A program made the translations under genes and the position numbers. Of a stretch of DNA of 64,000 bases, positions 8,987-27,314 are shown piece by piece. The DNA is from an uncultured delta proteobacterium (GTDB lineage: Bacteria > Myxococcota_A > Polyangia > Haliangiales > Haliangiaceae), in the NCBI GenBank assembly GCA_963743525.1, contig CAVUQH010000003.1, positions 800,001-864,000 on the forward strand. Direction: 5' to 3'. The notes beneath the pieces are model-generated. The model saw only the letters and a program-made list of their open reading frames with translations. It was not told the origin of the DNA and searched no databases. The stretch's first letter is position 1, and each line of letters begins with the position of its first letter.

Positions 8987-9895
8987 GTGACCGCGATTCG
9001 GCCCCGCCTGGTCCTGGCCCCACTACTCTTGCTCGCGGCCTGCGTTGACCCATCGGTGTCGTCCAGCCGGCAGTCGGTGATCAACGGTGACCTGACCCCG
9101 GCCGGCCGCTATCCGGCGACCGGCGCCCTGATGACCGACGTCAGCGGGGACGGCCCGCAGCCGACCTGTTCGGGCACCCTCATCGGCCCCCGAGCGGTGC
9201 TCACCGCGGCCCACTGCCTGGACCCCCAGTTCATCGGCAACGCCATCCCCGGCTTCACCCTGGCCCTCGACGCCAATGCCGCCGGCCCCGACGACATCAC
9301 CCCCGGCGCCGCCACGCACGAGCATCCCAGCTTCGACCTGGGCGTCGACATCACTGACGGCATCGGCCACTGGTACGACATCGGCATCCTCGAGCTGGCC
9401 AAGGATGCGCCGAGCACCGACTACGAGATCCTGCCCAGCCCCGACGAAGCGACCGCCCTGGCCGACGTCGCCGAGGTCGAGCTGGTCGGCTACGGCCTGA
9501 TCAGCAACGACACCTACGACGTCGGCGTCAAGCACGACGGCGTCGCCGACCTGGTCGAGGTCGGCGACTTCGAGCTGTTCATCGCCCAGCCCGGCCAACA
9601 GCAGAACTGCAACGGCGACTCCGGCGGCCCCGCCTTCGCCGACCTGGACGGCCAGCGCCGCATCATCGGCACCGTCTCCCGCTCCCCCGACAAGAACCCG
9701 GTGTGCGACCACGGCGGCATCGACACCCGCGTCAACGCCTACCTCGACTGGATCCACCAGAACGCCGACGTCCCCTGCGGCGGGCTGAAATCCCCCTGCA
9801 CCGACAGCCAATCCGGCGGCTGCAACACCGGCGCCCCCGGCCTGGGGACGCTCATTAGTTTTTTACTTTTTTTCCGAAGAAAATCACGCGCCTAG
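8987..9895 (+). CDS. Secreted S1 (trypsin-like) serine protease with MYXO-CTERM-like tail
   Basis: LTAAHC, YDIG, CNGDSGGP catalytic triad motifs; N-terminal LAAC lipobox; C-terminal GGC, hydrophobic stretch, RRK. Confidence 0.9.
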   Translation: MTAIRPRLVLAPLLLLAACVDPSVSSSRQSVINGDLTPAGRYPATGALMTDVSGDGPQPTCSGTLIGPRAVLTAAHCLDPQFIGNAIPGFTLALDANAAGPDDITPGAATHEHPSFDLGVDITDGIGHWYDIGILELAKDAPSTDYEILPSPDEATALADVAEVELVGYGLISNDTYDVGVKHDGVADLVEVGDFELFIAQPGQQQNCNGDSGGPAFADLDGQRRIIGTVSRSPDKNPVCDHGGIDTRVNAYLDWIHQNADVPCGGLKSPCTDSQSGGCNTGAPGLGTLISFLLFFRRKSRA

Positions 9896-9911
9896 GCCAC
9901 CCCCTGTCGCA
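9843..9911 (+). repeat. Dispersed 69-bp AT-rich repeat, copy 1 (TGGGGACGCTCATTAGTT...CCCCTGTCGCA)
   Basis: Ungapped match to the reverse complement of 39501-39569 (56/69 by hand count) and to 38493-38561. Confidence 0.85.
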
Positions 9912-9953
9912 CCCGGACAACCGCGGGTCGGCTCGTCCCGATAACTGAGAACC

Positions 9954-10706
9954 ATGGACGCACAAGAGAACGACGACATCCAAGCTGCGCGCGAGCCGTT
10001 CGACAGCGACACCCCGGGCGCCTACAGCCCTGAGGATTACCGGCCGCCGGGGTCACTGGCCAAGCTCGCGACCGCCGGGCTCGTGTTCCACGGACTCTCC
10101 CTGGCGGCATCGGGCTGGATCTTCGCGGTCGCCCATCACCTCGCCAGTCAGCGGCTGGCCGGGCAAGAGGTCGCCCACCGCGCCATGGCGCGAGCGGCAA
10201 CGCTTCCGGCGCTCCTGTTCACGACGACGCTCGTATCGGCGCTCGCCTTCTCATTCTGGTTCTACCGCGTCGCCAAGAATGCGCAGTCGTTCAAGGGGCC
10301 GCTGTCGTCGTCACCTGGTATGGCCGTCGGCTGCTGGTTCATTCCGATCTACAACCTGTGGCGGCCGTACCAGGTGACGACCGAGATCTGGCGCGCGAGC
10401 GACGCCGAAGGCTCACGGGTGGTGTTGCTGTCGAACGCGCCGGCCGCCCCGGGCTGGATTCTCGCCTGGTGGCTCCTCTGGATCATCTCCGGGTTCGTCA
10501 TCAACGTCGCGACGAGCGACCTCACGGCCCACGTGGCGCTCACTGCGGAGCAAGTCCAGACGTTAACGCTGTGGACGCTCATCGGTATCGTCATGAACCT
10601 GCTCTCCCTCGTGCTGGCGATCTTCGTGATCCGCGGCATTACGCGACGGCAGGAGAGGGCCGCGGCCAAGCTGATGCCGTCCGCGCGGGTGGTCAACGCC
10701 GGATGA
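9954..10706 (+). CDS. DUF4328-like membrane protein
   Basis: WFYRVAKNA...SPGMAVGCWFIPIYNLWRPYQV...WWLLW pattern; four hydrophobic segments. Confidence 0.75.
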   Translation: MDAQENDDIQAAREPFDSDTPGAYSPEDYRPPGSLAKLATAGLVFHGLSLAASGWIFAVAHHLASQRLAGQEVAHRAMARAATLPALLFTTTLVSALAFSFWFYRVAKNAQSFKGPLSSSPGMAVGCWFIPIYNLWRPYQVTTEIWRASDAEGSRVVLLSNAPAAPGWILAWWLLWIISGFVINVATSDLTAHVALTAEQVQTLTLWTLIGIVMNLLSLVLAIFVIRGITRRQERAAAKLMPSARVVNAG

Positions 10707-11539
10707 GGCGGCTCGCGTGCATCGCTGTCGTCGCGGCGCTTGCGGGGTGCGGCGGCGGGGCGGGCGGCGGCACCGGCATCGACGCCGGCCCGCACCCCGA
10801 TGCGCGCACGGGCAGTCGCGACGGCGGCGCCGACATCTGGCATCCGCCGCCGGGGACCAGCTGGCAGTGGCAGCTGTCGGGCACCATCGACACCACCGTC
10901 GACGTGGCCATGTACGACATCGATCTGTTCGACAACGGCGCCGACACCATCGCCGCGCTGCACGACGCCGGTCGCGTGGTCATCTGCTACTACAGCGCCG
11001 GCAGCCGTGAGGACTGGCGACCGGACGCGGGCGACTATGCCACCGGCGCCATCGGCAAGGCGCTCGACAACTGGCCGGGCGAGACCTGGGTCGACATCCG
11101 CGACGACAGCGTCCGCGCGGTCATCCGCGGTCGCCTCGATCTGGCGGTCAGCAAGGGCTGCGACGGCGTCGAGCCGGACAACGTTGACGGTTACGCCAAC
11201 GACACCGGCTTTCCGCTGACCGCCACCGACCAGCTCGACTTCAACCGCTTCCTCGCCGACGAGGCTCGCGCCCGCGGCCTGTCGGTGGGGCTGAAGAACG
11301 ACCTCGACCAGATTCCCGAGCTGGTCGGCGACTTCGACTGGGCGCTCGACGAGGAGTGCTTCGCCTACGACGAGTGCAACGCGCTCGATCCGTTCGTCGC
11401 CGCCGGCAAGGCGGTGTTCCAGGTCGAGTACGGTGACGCCACGCTGGCCGACACGGTCTGCCCGCAGGCCATCACCCACGACTTCGACACGCTGATCAAG
11501 AAGCTCGAGCTCGACGCCTGGCGCGTGCCTTGCCGCTAG
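10703..11539 (+). CDS. GH114-family endo-alpha-1,4-polygalactosaminidase-like lipoprotein
   Basis: WQWQL, YDIDLFD, ICYYSAGS, GCDGVEPDNVD, GLKNDL, EEC; LAGC lipobox; ATGA overlap with the upstream gene. Confidence 0.88.
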   Translation: MRRLACIAVVAALAGCGGGAGGGTGIDAGPHPDARTGSRDGGADIWHPPPGTSWQWQLSGTIDTTVDVAMYDIDLFDNGADTIAALHDAGRVVICYYSAGSREDWRPDAGDYATGAIGKALDNWPGETWVDIRDDSVRAVIRGRLDLAVSKGCDGVEPDNVDGYANDTGFPLTATDQLDFNRFLADEARARGLSVGLKNDLDQIPELVGDFDWALDEECFAYDECNALDPFVAAGKAVFQVEYGDATLADTVCPQAITHDFDTLIKKLELDAWRVPCR

Positions 11540-11543
11540 CCGG

Positions 11544-12392
11544 TCAGGGCTTCAGCTCTTTCTTCTTGCCGTCGGTCAGCAGGTGCTGGCGCTTGCCCTT
11601 CTTGTTGAACTGCCAGGCGTAGCCGACGCCGATCAGTCCCGAGATCGGCATGAGCACGCCGAAGATCGGGCCGATCAGGGTGAGCGGCAGCTTCTGCAAG
11701 AGCGCGGCGGCGAACAGATAGATCAGCGACGCCGGCGCCGCTTCGCGAAACGAACCGGCGTACAGCCAGCCGATCGGCCCGAGGAGGAAGCTCAGCCCGC
11801 CGCTCCACAGCAGCGACTTTTCCTTCTTCGGCTTGGGCTGGTCGAGCTCGCGCCGCGCCTCGGTGGCCACGGCGATGGCGTCCCCGGCGTCGAACTGGTC
11901 GCGGCCGAAGACCCGCGCCAGGAAGCCGCGCTTCTTCGGCCCCGCGCCGTCGTCGACGACGGCCGGGAGCGGCGCCGCCTCTCTGGCCTTGCGCCGGGCC
12001 GGCTTGGTCTCGGCCTTGCGGGCCAGGACCATCGCCTTCTCGTCGGCGCGCGCCTCCAGCCGCCGCTGGCGCGCCTCCTCCTCCAGCTTGCGCGCCTGCG
12101 CCTGCTTCAGATCGGAGTCGGCGCGGACCTCCATCGACAAGCGCTCGAACCGCTCCAGCTCCTCGAACGTGCGGGCGCCGTTGGCCGCGCGGTCGGCGCC
12201 GGGCACGCTCCACACCAGGTCGGTGCCGTCGCTGCCGGCCTCGACCACGCCGTCGCGCATCAGCTCTTCGAGGTGCTGCTTGACCGCGCGCGCCGACTCC
12301 CCGGTGCGGTACTGCAGGTTGGCCCGGGTCAGCGGTATCGAGCTCTTCATCCACAGCTCGACCACGCTGCGTTCGAACTCGTCGCGGGTCAC
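11544..12392 (-). CDS. Hypothetical protein (N-terminal wHTH-like region, coiled coil, C-terminal TM segments)
   Basis: Coding-like composition; CATACT lies 6 nt before the GTG. Confidence 0.7.
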   Translation of the reverse strand: MTRDEFERSVVELWMKSSIPLTRANLQYRTGESARAVKQHLEELMRDGVVEAGSDGTDLVWSVPGADRAANGARTFEELERFERLSMEVRADSDLKQAQARKLEEEARQRRLEARADEKAMVLARKAETKPARRKAREAAPLPAVVDDGAGPKKRGFLARVFGRDQFDAGDAIAVATEARRELDQPKPKKEKSLLWSGGLSFLLGPIGWLYAGSFREAAPASLIYLFAAALLQKLPLTLIGPIFGVLMPISGLIGVGYAWQFNKKGKRQHLLTDGKKKELKP

Positions 12393-12420
12393 GCCTGGAG
12401 TATGGCATGGTAGTGGGTAG

Positions 12421-12756
12421 ATGAAACCCGCGCTCCTCGCCGCCCTCGCCGCCGGGCTGTTGACCCTCGCCGCGTGTGGTGGCCCTCCGCCGGCCAAGCG
12501 CGCCAAATCGTCCTCGGCCAGGGGCGCGGGCAAGACGCCGATCACCGTGGTCCCGCCCCAGGAAGAGGACGAGGTCGACGGTGAGGGCAAGAAGTGGAAG
12601 GGCTGGCGCTACACCGGCCAGCGCGACGACTGCTACTACGTGGTCAAGCGCAAGTGCTACACGGAGCGCAAGAAGGCCTGCAAGGCGGCCGGCTGCTCCA
12701 CGCACGACTGCCGCATCGACGGCGTCGGGCCGTCGCGCGTCAGCTGCGAGAAGTAG
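12421..12756 (+). CDS. Small Cys-rich lipoprotein
   Basis: LAAC lipobox; six further Cys in the C-terminal half. Confidence 0.75.
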   Translation: MKPALLAALAAGLLTLAACGGPPPAKRAKSSSARGAGKTPITVVPPQEEDEVDGEGKKWKGWRYTGQRDDCYYVVKRKCYTERKKACKAAGCSTHDCRIDGVGPSRVSCEK

Positions 12757-12883
12757 CGCCCGGCCTCAGGCCCGGTGCCGCGGGCCGACGACCTTGGGGA
12801 TGCGGATGCGCGGCCCCAGGCGCCCGGCCTCAGGCCCGGTGCCGCGGGCCGACGACCTTGGGGATGCGGATGCGCGGCCCCAG
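12756..12883. repeat. Perfect 64-bp tandem duplication
   Basis: 12756-12819 is identical to 12820-12883. Confidence 0.95.
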
Positions 12884-13879
12884 CTTGAAGGTCACCCGCT
12901 TGACGTCGCGGTAGTACTCGCCGTCGATGACCGGCTCGAGCAGCTCGCTCGACGTCGCTTCCATGGTCATCTCGCGACACGCGCGGTCGACCATGCCGCG
13001 GCCGACGATCTCCTTGCCCCGGTGCATGCGCGGCAGATTGCGGACGATCTGCAGCGGCGTCGGGGTGCCGACGATGGCGTGCATGACGCCGTCCTGGTCG
13101 GCCTTGTGGAAGAAGCGCAGGACGTTGCCGAAGTTGATCGACATCGACGCGATGTGCACGCCGGTGAACGCCGTCTCCGGCAGGATCATGCCGTCCATGG
13201 TGATCTTGCACGCGGTCGGCTCGAACAGCTCGCGGGCGTAGCTGCGCAGCTGCTCCGGCAGGCCCGGCAGCGCGCGCAGCGGCGAGTAGGCCACCGGCAT
13301 CGACGCCAGCGCCCGTCCGATCACCTTGACGATGGTCTTGGGGCTGGGATCGTCGTGCTCGTAGTACTTGGAGAAGAAGCGCTGGCCGACGCCACCGGCG
13401 GCGACGCCGAAGCCGAAGGTGCGGAACTGCTCCTCGCGGCCGCCAACCATCCGCACGCCCTCGATCAGCATCGAGTCGACCTCGGTCTCCTCGATGTGCC
13501 GGCGGGTCTCCAGGTGGTGGCGCAGGCTCGCCAGCAGCGACTCGGCGCTGCCGTGGATGCCCACGTTGTGGGCGATGAAGTCGATGGTGCCGCCGTTGGT
13601 CGGCAGGGTCATCGGCAGGGACGCGCCCTTGAACTCGTCCTCCTCGAGGACCTCCATGCCCATGCGCAGCATCCAGTGCAGGGCGCCGTCGCCGCCGTCC
13701 GCGACCCAGTAACGGGCGCGCTTGCGCAGGAACTCGCGCAGGGCCGGCTTGATCGAGTCGACGTCGTTGGTCTCGCGCACCTCACCCATGGTCCCGACAA
13801 TCGACTGCAGCTCGGCCGCCCGGTTGGGCCGGCCCTTGTTCTTGCGACTGTTGGGATTGGTGATGACGCCGATCTGCAT
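12830..13879 (-). CDS. Diacylglycerol/lipid kinase catalytic-domain family protein
   Basis: VITNPNS, ADGGDG, LPTNGGT, C-terminal IDGE. Confidence 0.75.
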   Translation of the reverse strand: MQIGVITNPNSRKNKGRPNRAAELQSIVGTMGEVRETNDVDSIKPALREFLRKRARYWVADGGDGALHWMLRMGMEVLEEDEFKGASLPMTLPTNGGTIDFIAHNVGIHGSAESLLASLRHHLETRRHIEETEVDSMLIEGVRMVGGREEQFRTFGFGVAAGGVGQRFFSKYYEHDDPSPKTIVKVIGRALASMPVAYSPLRALPGLPEQLRSYARELFEPTACKITMDGMILPETAFTGVHIASMSINFGNVLRFFHKADQDGVMHAIVGTPTPLQIVRNLPRMHRGKEIVGRGMVDRACREMTMEATSSELLEPVIDGEYYRDVKRVTFKLGPRIRIPKVVGPRHRA

Positions 13880-14128
13880 GTGGCACTCCGGAAACAACTG
13901 TCACCCACAGGGGGCAAGTCTCGGGCCAACCCCGCGATCTCCGGACGCCCCCGGAATTACTGCAACGTGTCATTCATCTGACGACCATTCACTGCGAACC
14001 CGGCTATCCCCCTGCGTAAGGGGACACGCACCCGCATCTCAACCACTCGAGATCACGACAGATTTCGACGGGAGTGACCAATCCTTCGAGACCCCTCGGC
14101 GAGTAGGTGACAAGCCCATGGAAACACA

Positions 14129-14142
14129 GTGAAAATTGTCAC
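14129..14142. promoter_or_regulatory. Possible CRP/FNR-family-like palindrome GTGA-N6-TCAC
   Basis: GTGAAAATTGTCAC in a lower-GC intergenic region upstream of the lipid kinase gene. Confidence 0.3.
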
Positions 14143-14164
14143 GGTGCGCATCTCGTCGCGCAGG

Positions 14165-14950
14165 TCACTCGCCGCGGAAGACCGGGTCCCGCTTGTCCAG
14201 CAGGGCTGCGATCCCCTCGGCGACGTCGGCGGTCTCGACCGTGATCGCCTGAGCGAACGCCTCGCGGTGTGCCGCCTGGCGGACGTCCCAGCCCAGGCCG
14301 TCGTACAGCGAGCGCTTGGTCATGCGCACGGCGATGGGCGCGTTGGCCGCGATCGCCCGCGCCATCGCCATCGCCCGCGGCAACACCTCGTCGCCGGCGA
14401 CCGCGTCGGACAACAGCCCGATGCGCGCCGCTTCCTCGCCGAGAATCAACCGGCCGGTGAACATCAGCTCGGCCGCGCGGCTGACGCCGACGAGGCGCGG
14501 CAAGAGGTAGCTGATCGACATGCCCGGGTGCAGGCCGAGCCGGCAGAAGTTGGCGCCGTACTTCGACTCGCGGTTGCCGATGCGCACGTCGCAGACCATC
14601 GCCAGCCCCAGTCCACCGCCGACGGTGTGACCATTGAGCGCGGCGATGACCGGCACTTCGATGTCGAGCACCGACAGGAACGGCTCGTACATCGCGTACG
14701 AGCGCTCGTGGGGCTGAAGCGGCCGCGCGCCGTCGCGCTGAATCGTCGACTTGAAGTCGGCCCCCGCGGAGAAGCAGCGTCCGCTGCCGGTGATGACCAC
14801 GCAGCGGGCATCGGCGTCCGCGCGGGCGCGCGCGCTGGCCGCGCCGAACGCGTCGAGCAGCTCCGGAGTCATGCTGTTGCGGTTGTCCGGGCGATTCAGG
14901 GTGATGATTCCGATCGAATCGTCTCGGCGGTAGACTACGGCGTCGCTCAT
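14165..14950 (-). CDS. Enoyl-CoA hydratase/isomerase family protein
   Basis: ITLNRPDNRNS, FSAGAD, PVIAALNGHTVGGG. Confidence 0.93.
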   Translation of the reverse strand: MSDAVVYRRDDSIGIITLNRPDNRNSMTPELLDAFGAASARARADADARCVVITGSGRCFSAGADFKSTIQRDGARPLQPHERSYAMYEPFLSVLDIEVPVIAALNGHTVGGGLGLAMVCDVRIGNRESKYGANFCRLGLHPGMSISYLLPRLVGVSRAAELMFTGRLILGEEAARIGLLSDAVAGDEVLPRAMAMARAIAANAPIAVRMTKRSLYDGLGWDVRQAAHREAFAQAITVETADVAEGIAALLDKRDPVFRGE

Positions 14951-14985
14951 CGGCAGTTGACCTCCGCTGCGGAAGGTACCGGGTA

Positions 14986-15648
14986 ATGCGCTCGAGATCG
15001 ATCCCACAATCTGGCCTCGTCGCCGGCCTGCTCGTCGCGGTCGCCTGCACCGCCCCCGCGTGCGGCAAGAAGCACGAGCAGGACCGGTCCGCGGCAAAGA
15101 CCGACCCGTTGGCGAAGCTGCGTCAGCCCAAACCCGGCTCGGACCAGGGCTCGGACACCACCGATGCCAAGTTCCTGGTCAAGATCTCCATGACCCGCGG
15201 CAGCACCGGGCGCGACGCCTCGGCCACGCAGATCCACATCTCGGTCATCGACGACAAGCTGTACTACGTCGAGACTCCCTACAGCGGGGCCAAAGCGACG
15301 TCGCCCGGGGCCCGCACCAACGTCGTCGCGCACCTGACCGACGCAGAGCAGCGCGCCATCGCCCAGTCCCTGCGCGACCTGTCGCTGTTCGACGTCGAAA
15401 CGCTCGAGGCGCCGAAGATGCCCGACGGCCCGCACAGCTACGCGTCGATGGACGTCAAGCTGCGCGCCGGTGGCAAGGAACACGAGTTCGCGCTGTCGGG
15501 GGTGACGTCGTTGCCGTCGCAGGGTGAGACTGCGTTCGCAACCACCGCCGGCTACCGCGGCGTGATGCGGCTGGTCGACGACCTGTCGGCGCTGGCCAAA
15601 GAAAAAAGGGCGAGCGCTGGTGCGCCCGCCCCGGTTGCTCCCAAGTGA
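14986..15648 (+). CDS. Hypothetical lipoprotein
   Basis: Signal peptide with Cys followed by a soluble domain. Confidence 0.7.
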   Translation: MRSRSIPQSGLVAGLLVAVACTAPACGKKHEQDRSAAKTDPLAKLRQPKPGSDQGSDTTDAKFLVKISMTRGSTGRDASATQIHISVIDDKLYYVETPYSGAKATSPGARTNVVAHLTDAEQRAIAQSLRDLSLFDVETLEAPKMPDGPHSYASMDVKLRAGGKEHEFALSGVTSLPSQGETAFATTAGYRGVMRLVDDLSALAKEKRASAGAPAPVAPK

Positions 15649-15654
15649 TGCGGG

Positions 15655-23398
<7,744 letters not shown>

Positions 23399-23562
23399 TG
23401 TGGATAGCTCCCCAAGCGCAGAGGGCTCCCATCAGACGCGTGGCGCCGGACCCCTCTCCGAGGTCGCCCATGTTACCGCGAACGACCCCGTGACGGATCG
23501 AATCAGCGACGAGTTTCGGCGGGTTGGATCAGCTGGCGCCGATGACGCGGCGCGGCTCGTCG

Positions 23563-25472
23563 CTACGGTTGCGCACCCTCGCCTACACCCGCATCGCGAT
23601 CGCGTTTCCACGCGTCGACGTCGCGCTGTCGAATCTCGCCGGCGCGTCGTTCGAGCCCGTCGATCGACTGCCGGACCTCGGCTTCGCGAGCGGCTTCCGC
23701 GCGCGCGTCAGCGGCGAGTTGTCGCAGGTCGGTGGCCAGGGTCGCGAGCGCGGCACGCAGCGACCCACCGGGTGGCTGCCAGTCGCCGGCGGCTTCGACG
23801 ACGGGGCCGCGGCGCGAAAACGACAACGACGCGGCGCCGGCATGTTCGCCGACCCGGACCAGGTACGCGAGCCTACGTTTGGCCTCCTCGGTCTGGACCT
23901 GGGTCAACTGCGCGCGCGCGTCGTTGACCGCGTCGCGGGCCGCGGCCAGCTCTTTGGACACCGGCGCCGGCGAGCCGTCGGACAGCATCAACAGCTTGGC
24001 CGGCGGCGGTGGCTCGGGTGGGAACATCCGCGGCAGCAGGGTTCCCCTCGCCACGATGACGGCAGCGGGACCGGTGCGCGGCGGCCTGGCCGCGGACAAC
24101 CGATCGAGGACCGCCGGGTCGCTGGTCAGGGCCAGGACCGGCCCGAGCTGGCCGACGGCCAGGGTTCCCTGTCCCGGTACGTCGATGGTCGCGCGGCCGG
24201 GGGCGGCTTCGACGTGGCCGCGGAGCATGGGCGCGGTGGCCACGCGATCGACGAGGTCGCGGCCGCGAGTGGGGGTGCGCAGGCGGGCCGCGGCCAGTAC
24301 CGCGGGCGGGTCGCCGGGGCCGAGGGCCAGCCCGACGTCGCCGGTGAGATTGCCGTTCAGCGCACCGCGCAGGTCGAGGGCCAGTCCGTCGGCGTCGCCG
24401 GCGGCGGCCAGCTGGGCCAGGCTGGTGCCGCGGGCTGCCAGCAGCTCGTCGACCACGGTGGTTACCGCCGACGGAGTGGCGCGGAGGTCGATGGCCAGGA
24501 ACGCGTCCGGTCGGGCGCGGGTGACCGGCGCCGCCGTCGGTGCGCCGGGCAGCAGCTGATCGGGCAGCGAGCCGGGCGCGGGGGTCGTGGCCAGCTCGAC
24601 GTGCAACCAATCGGGCGCGGCCGACAGGCCGATGGCGACGGCGCCGAGGGGCGCGACCAGCCGCGCGATCAGGTCGCGCGAGGCGCGGGCGCGGCCGCTG
24701 ATCTGCGTCAGCAGATCGACCTGGCGTTCCAGCGCGGCGGTGTTGGCACCGGAGCCGCGGGCGGCGGCCAGCCGGCGCTGCAGGTCGTCGAGGGTGTGCA
24801 GCACCGTCAGCTCGCGGTCGCCGGGTGCCAGCAGCATGCGCCCGAGGCGATCGACGTCCACATAATCGTTGCGTCGGCGGGGTGGGGCAGGGCGCCGACG
24901 GTGGTGGCAACCTGCGGGTCGGCGGCCAGCGAATCGGCCCGGTCGATGCCGGCGACGCGCACCGCCGACAGGTCGCGCACCGATTTGGGGCCGGGGGTGA
25001 TGACCAGCACCAGGGTGCGGTCGCGGATGACGACGGCGAAGTCGCGGCGGGCGGGCAGGAAGACGCGGGACGACGCCACCTGCGACTCGGCCAGCGGTAT
25101 CTTCGCCGCGCGCGCCTGTGCCAGGACCCAGGCGATGGCGCGGGTGCGGTCGCGCAGCTCGGCGGCCACGGTCCAGACGCCGTGTTCGGCGTCGTTCAGC
25201 GCGACGACGATCGGCCGGTCGGCGGCGATGCCGCTGTCGGCGAGGGCGGCCGGCGACGCGAACCGGGCGCCGAGGGCGGCGGTCACCTGCGACCAACCCA
25301 GGTCGGTGTCAACGGCGGTCGGATCGCGAACCACCATCACCACCGGCGCGGTGTCGCTGACCAGTGCCAGGGCCGGCGGCAGCTCGGCGCGGGACGCTCG
25401 AGCGGCGTGCCCCGGGCGCGGTGACGGACCGCACGCAAGGAGGAACACGGCTGCGGTCGCCAGGGCGCGCAC
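23563..25472 (-). CDS. Hypothetical lipoprotein, frameshifted at about 24864
   Basis: LLAC lipobox at the start. The frame switches at ...ADATI / YVDVDRLG... and needs one added base. Confidence 0.65.
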
Positions 25473-25512
25473 CGACCACTCTTAGCTCACATGCGAGTGG
25501 CGGGCAAAATCC

Positions 25513-26337
25513 ATGGCGTGTGCTGGTGGCCCGGGGGTAGATTCCCCTGTCTTGGACGCAGCACCTTCTCAGTCAGCGCCGGCGGCGGCGCCGGGGACAC
25601 CGGCGTTTCGTCGCAGCCGGCCCGAGCGTCCTGATCCGTACGACGCGAGCTGGCGCGAGCGGCTGCTGGTCCTGGGCACCGCCACCGGCATCGTGGTGAC
25701 GGCGCTGGTGCTGGGGTTGATCTTCGCCCACGACGCCACCATCGAGCTGCTCGGCCTGATCCCATTGTCGATGTTCGCCGTCGGCAAGTTCCTGCCGCTG
25801 TGGGGCGTGACCGGCAAGAGCAACTTCGGGCCGTGGGAGCTGGGGCTGGTCATCGGCGTGATCGACACCTGCACGGTGCTGTTCATCGTCTACGCGCTCG
25901 AGGGCCTGTACCGCTTCGCCCGGCTCAAGCGGGCGCTGGAGAAGGTGCAGGCCAACGCCAGCCTGGTGCTGACCGCGTACCCGCGCATCAAGAAGGGCGC
26001 GGTGGTCGGCGTGGCGCTGTTCGTGCTGTTCCCGGTCGCCGGCACCGGGGCGATGATGGGCGCGTTCCTCGGCATCCTGCTCGGCTTGCACCGCTACGTC
26101 ACCATCGCCGCGGTCGCCGCGGGCGGCTTTCTCGGCGGCATGTTGATGGCGTTCCTGGCCGCGTTCTTCCGCGGTGCGATCATCGACATGGAGCAGGTGC
26201 AGCACAATCCGGTGGTCAAATGGTCGACCATCGCGGTGCTGGTGCTGCTCGGGCTGCTGGCGCTGCGCTGGCTGTCGCGCACCTACCGCCGCGCGCTGGA
26301 AGCAGCCCAGCAGCAGGGTGCAGGCCCTCTGCCGTAG
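25513..26337 (+). CDS. Small multi-drug export family (COG2426-like) membrane protein
   Basis: GVALFVLFPVAGTGA motif; multiple TM helices; start uncertain. Confidence 0.7.
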   Translation: MACAGGPGVDSPVLDAAPSQSAPAAAPGTPAFRRSRPERPDPYDASWRERLLVLGTATGIVVTALVLGLIFAHDATIELLGLIPLSMFAVGKFLPLWGVTGKSNFGPWELGLVIGVIDTCTVLFIVYALEGLYRFARLKRALEKVQANASLVLTAYPRIKKGAVVGVALFVLFPVAGTGAMMGAFLGILLGLHRYVTIAAVAAGGFLGGMLMAFLAAFFRGAIIDMEQVQHNPVVKWSTIAVLVLLGLLALRWLSRTYRRALEAAQQQGAGPLP

Positions 26338-26353
26338 TGGCATAGTAGGGGCC

Positions 26354-27265
26354 ATGGGAGGGAGACTCGCGCTAGTGGTCTGCCTCGCCGCGGCAGCCTG
26401 CGGCGACGGCGCGACCGGAGTGGATCCCGACACGGCCCCGCAGGCGACGGTGGATCGTTTCTCCGACGACGCCGGTACGCTGCAGATGCGGTCGATGTTT
26501 CCGTCGCTGCCGGCGGCGGGGGCGGCCGTCAACTTCGATCAGCCGCCGTTCCAGACCCTGGGATTGGGGCCCGACGGGCAGCAGGTTCGCTACTACAACT
26601 TCGACGTGCAGTCGCGGGTGCCGATGGTGGTTTACGAGCTGGTCGACGAGAGCGACCGGCCCATCGAGGGGCAGCTGCCGATCGTCAGCGCGATTCCCGG
26701 CGAGGCCGGATACAGCGACTTCTGGCAGCTGCGCCGGGCGACGGTGCTGCCCGGCTACGTCGCCAACCAGTACACCAGCGCGGCCGAGCTGGCCGGGCTG
26801 CCGGTGGCGACCGAGCCCCAGCTCTACAACCGCCCGATCGTGCCGCCCGGGTTAACGGCCGTCAACCGGATCGGCGGCGGCGATCCGGGCCTCGAGCGGG
26901 CGTGGCGCGACGGTCAGGTGGTGTGGTTCTTCCGCTTCGCCGAGGCGACCATCGACCCGGTGGCGATCGGTGACTTCGCAGGCCAGATGCCTATCTCGTA
27001 CATCTTCGTCACCTTCAATGTGAACCCGGGTGAGGCCGGTGGCGGCCTGCCGTCGGGGTTCGAGACCGAGCCTGGTACAGATCAAACCCACAACGCGCTG
27101 GCGACTATTCCCTCGGACGCCGACTACTCGCCGCTGTGGATGGTCAACATCTACGACAACGCCTTCTTCGACAGCGTGACCGACTACGACAGCGCAACCA
27201 TGGCGACCGTGCTGGCGGCGCCAGACGGCGGCGTCAACTGTCCGTACAAATACATCGCACCGTAG
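26354..27265 (+). CDS. Hypothetical lipoprotein with internal repeat (PGEAGYSDFW / PSDADYSPLW)
   Basis: AAAC lipobox; two similar YSxxW...NxP units. Confidence 0.75.
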   Translation: MGGRLALVVCLAAAACGDGATGVDPDTAPQATVDRFSDDAGTLQMRSMFPSLPAAGAAVNFDQPPFQTLGLGPDGQQVRYYNFDVQSRVPMVVYELVDESDRPIEGQLPIVSAIPGEAGYSDFWQLRRATVLPGYVANQYTSAAELAGLPVATEPQLYNRPIVPPGLTAVNRIGGGDPGLERAWRDGQVVWFFRFAEATIDPVAIGDFAGQMPISYIFVTFNVNPGEAGGGLPSGFETEPGTDQTHNALATIPSDADYSPLWMVNIYDNAFFDSVTDYDSATMATVLAAPDGGVNCPYKYIAP

Positions 27266-27314
27266 GGCGATTCGGTTGCTGGCGCGGGCGGCCGGTGCGC
27301 GCTAGCCTTCAGGC

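Noticed and set aside
12756..12883. CRISPR array
   Set aside because: Only two adjacent copies, with no spacer and no cas genes.
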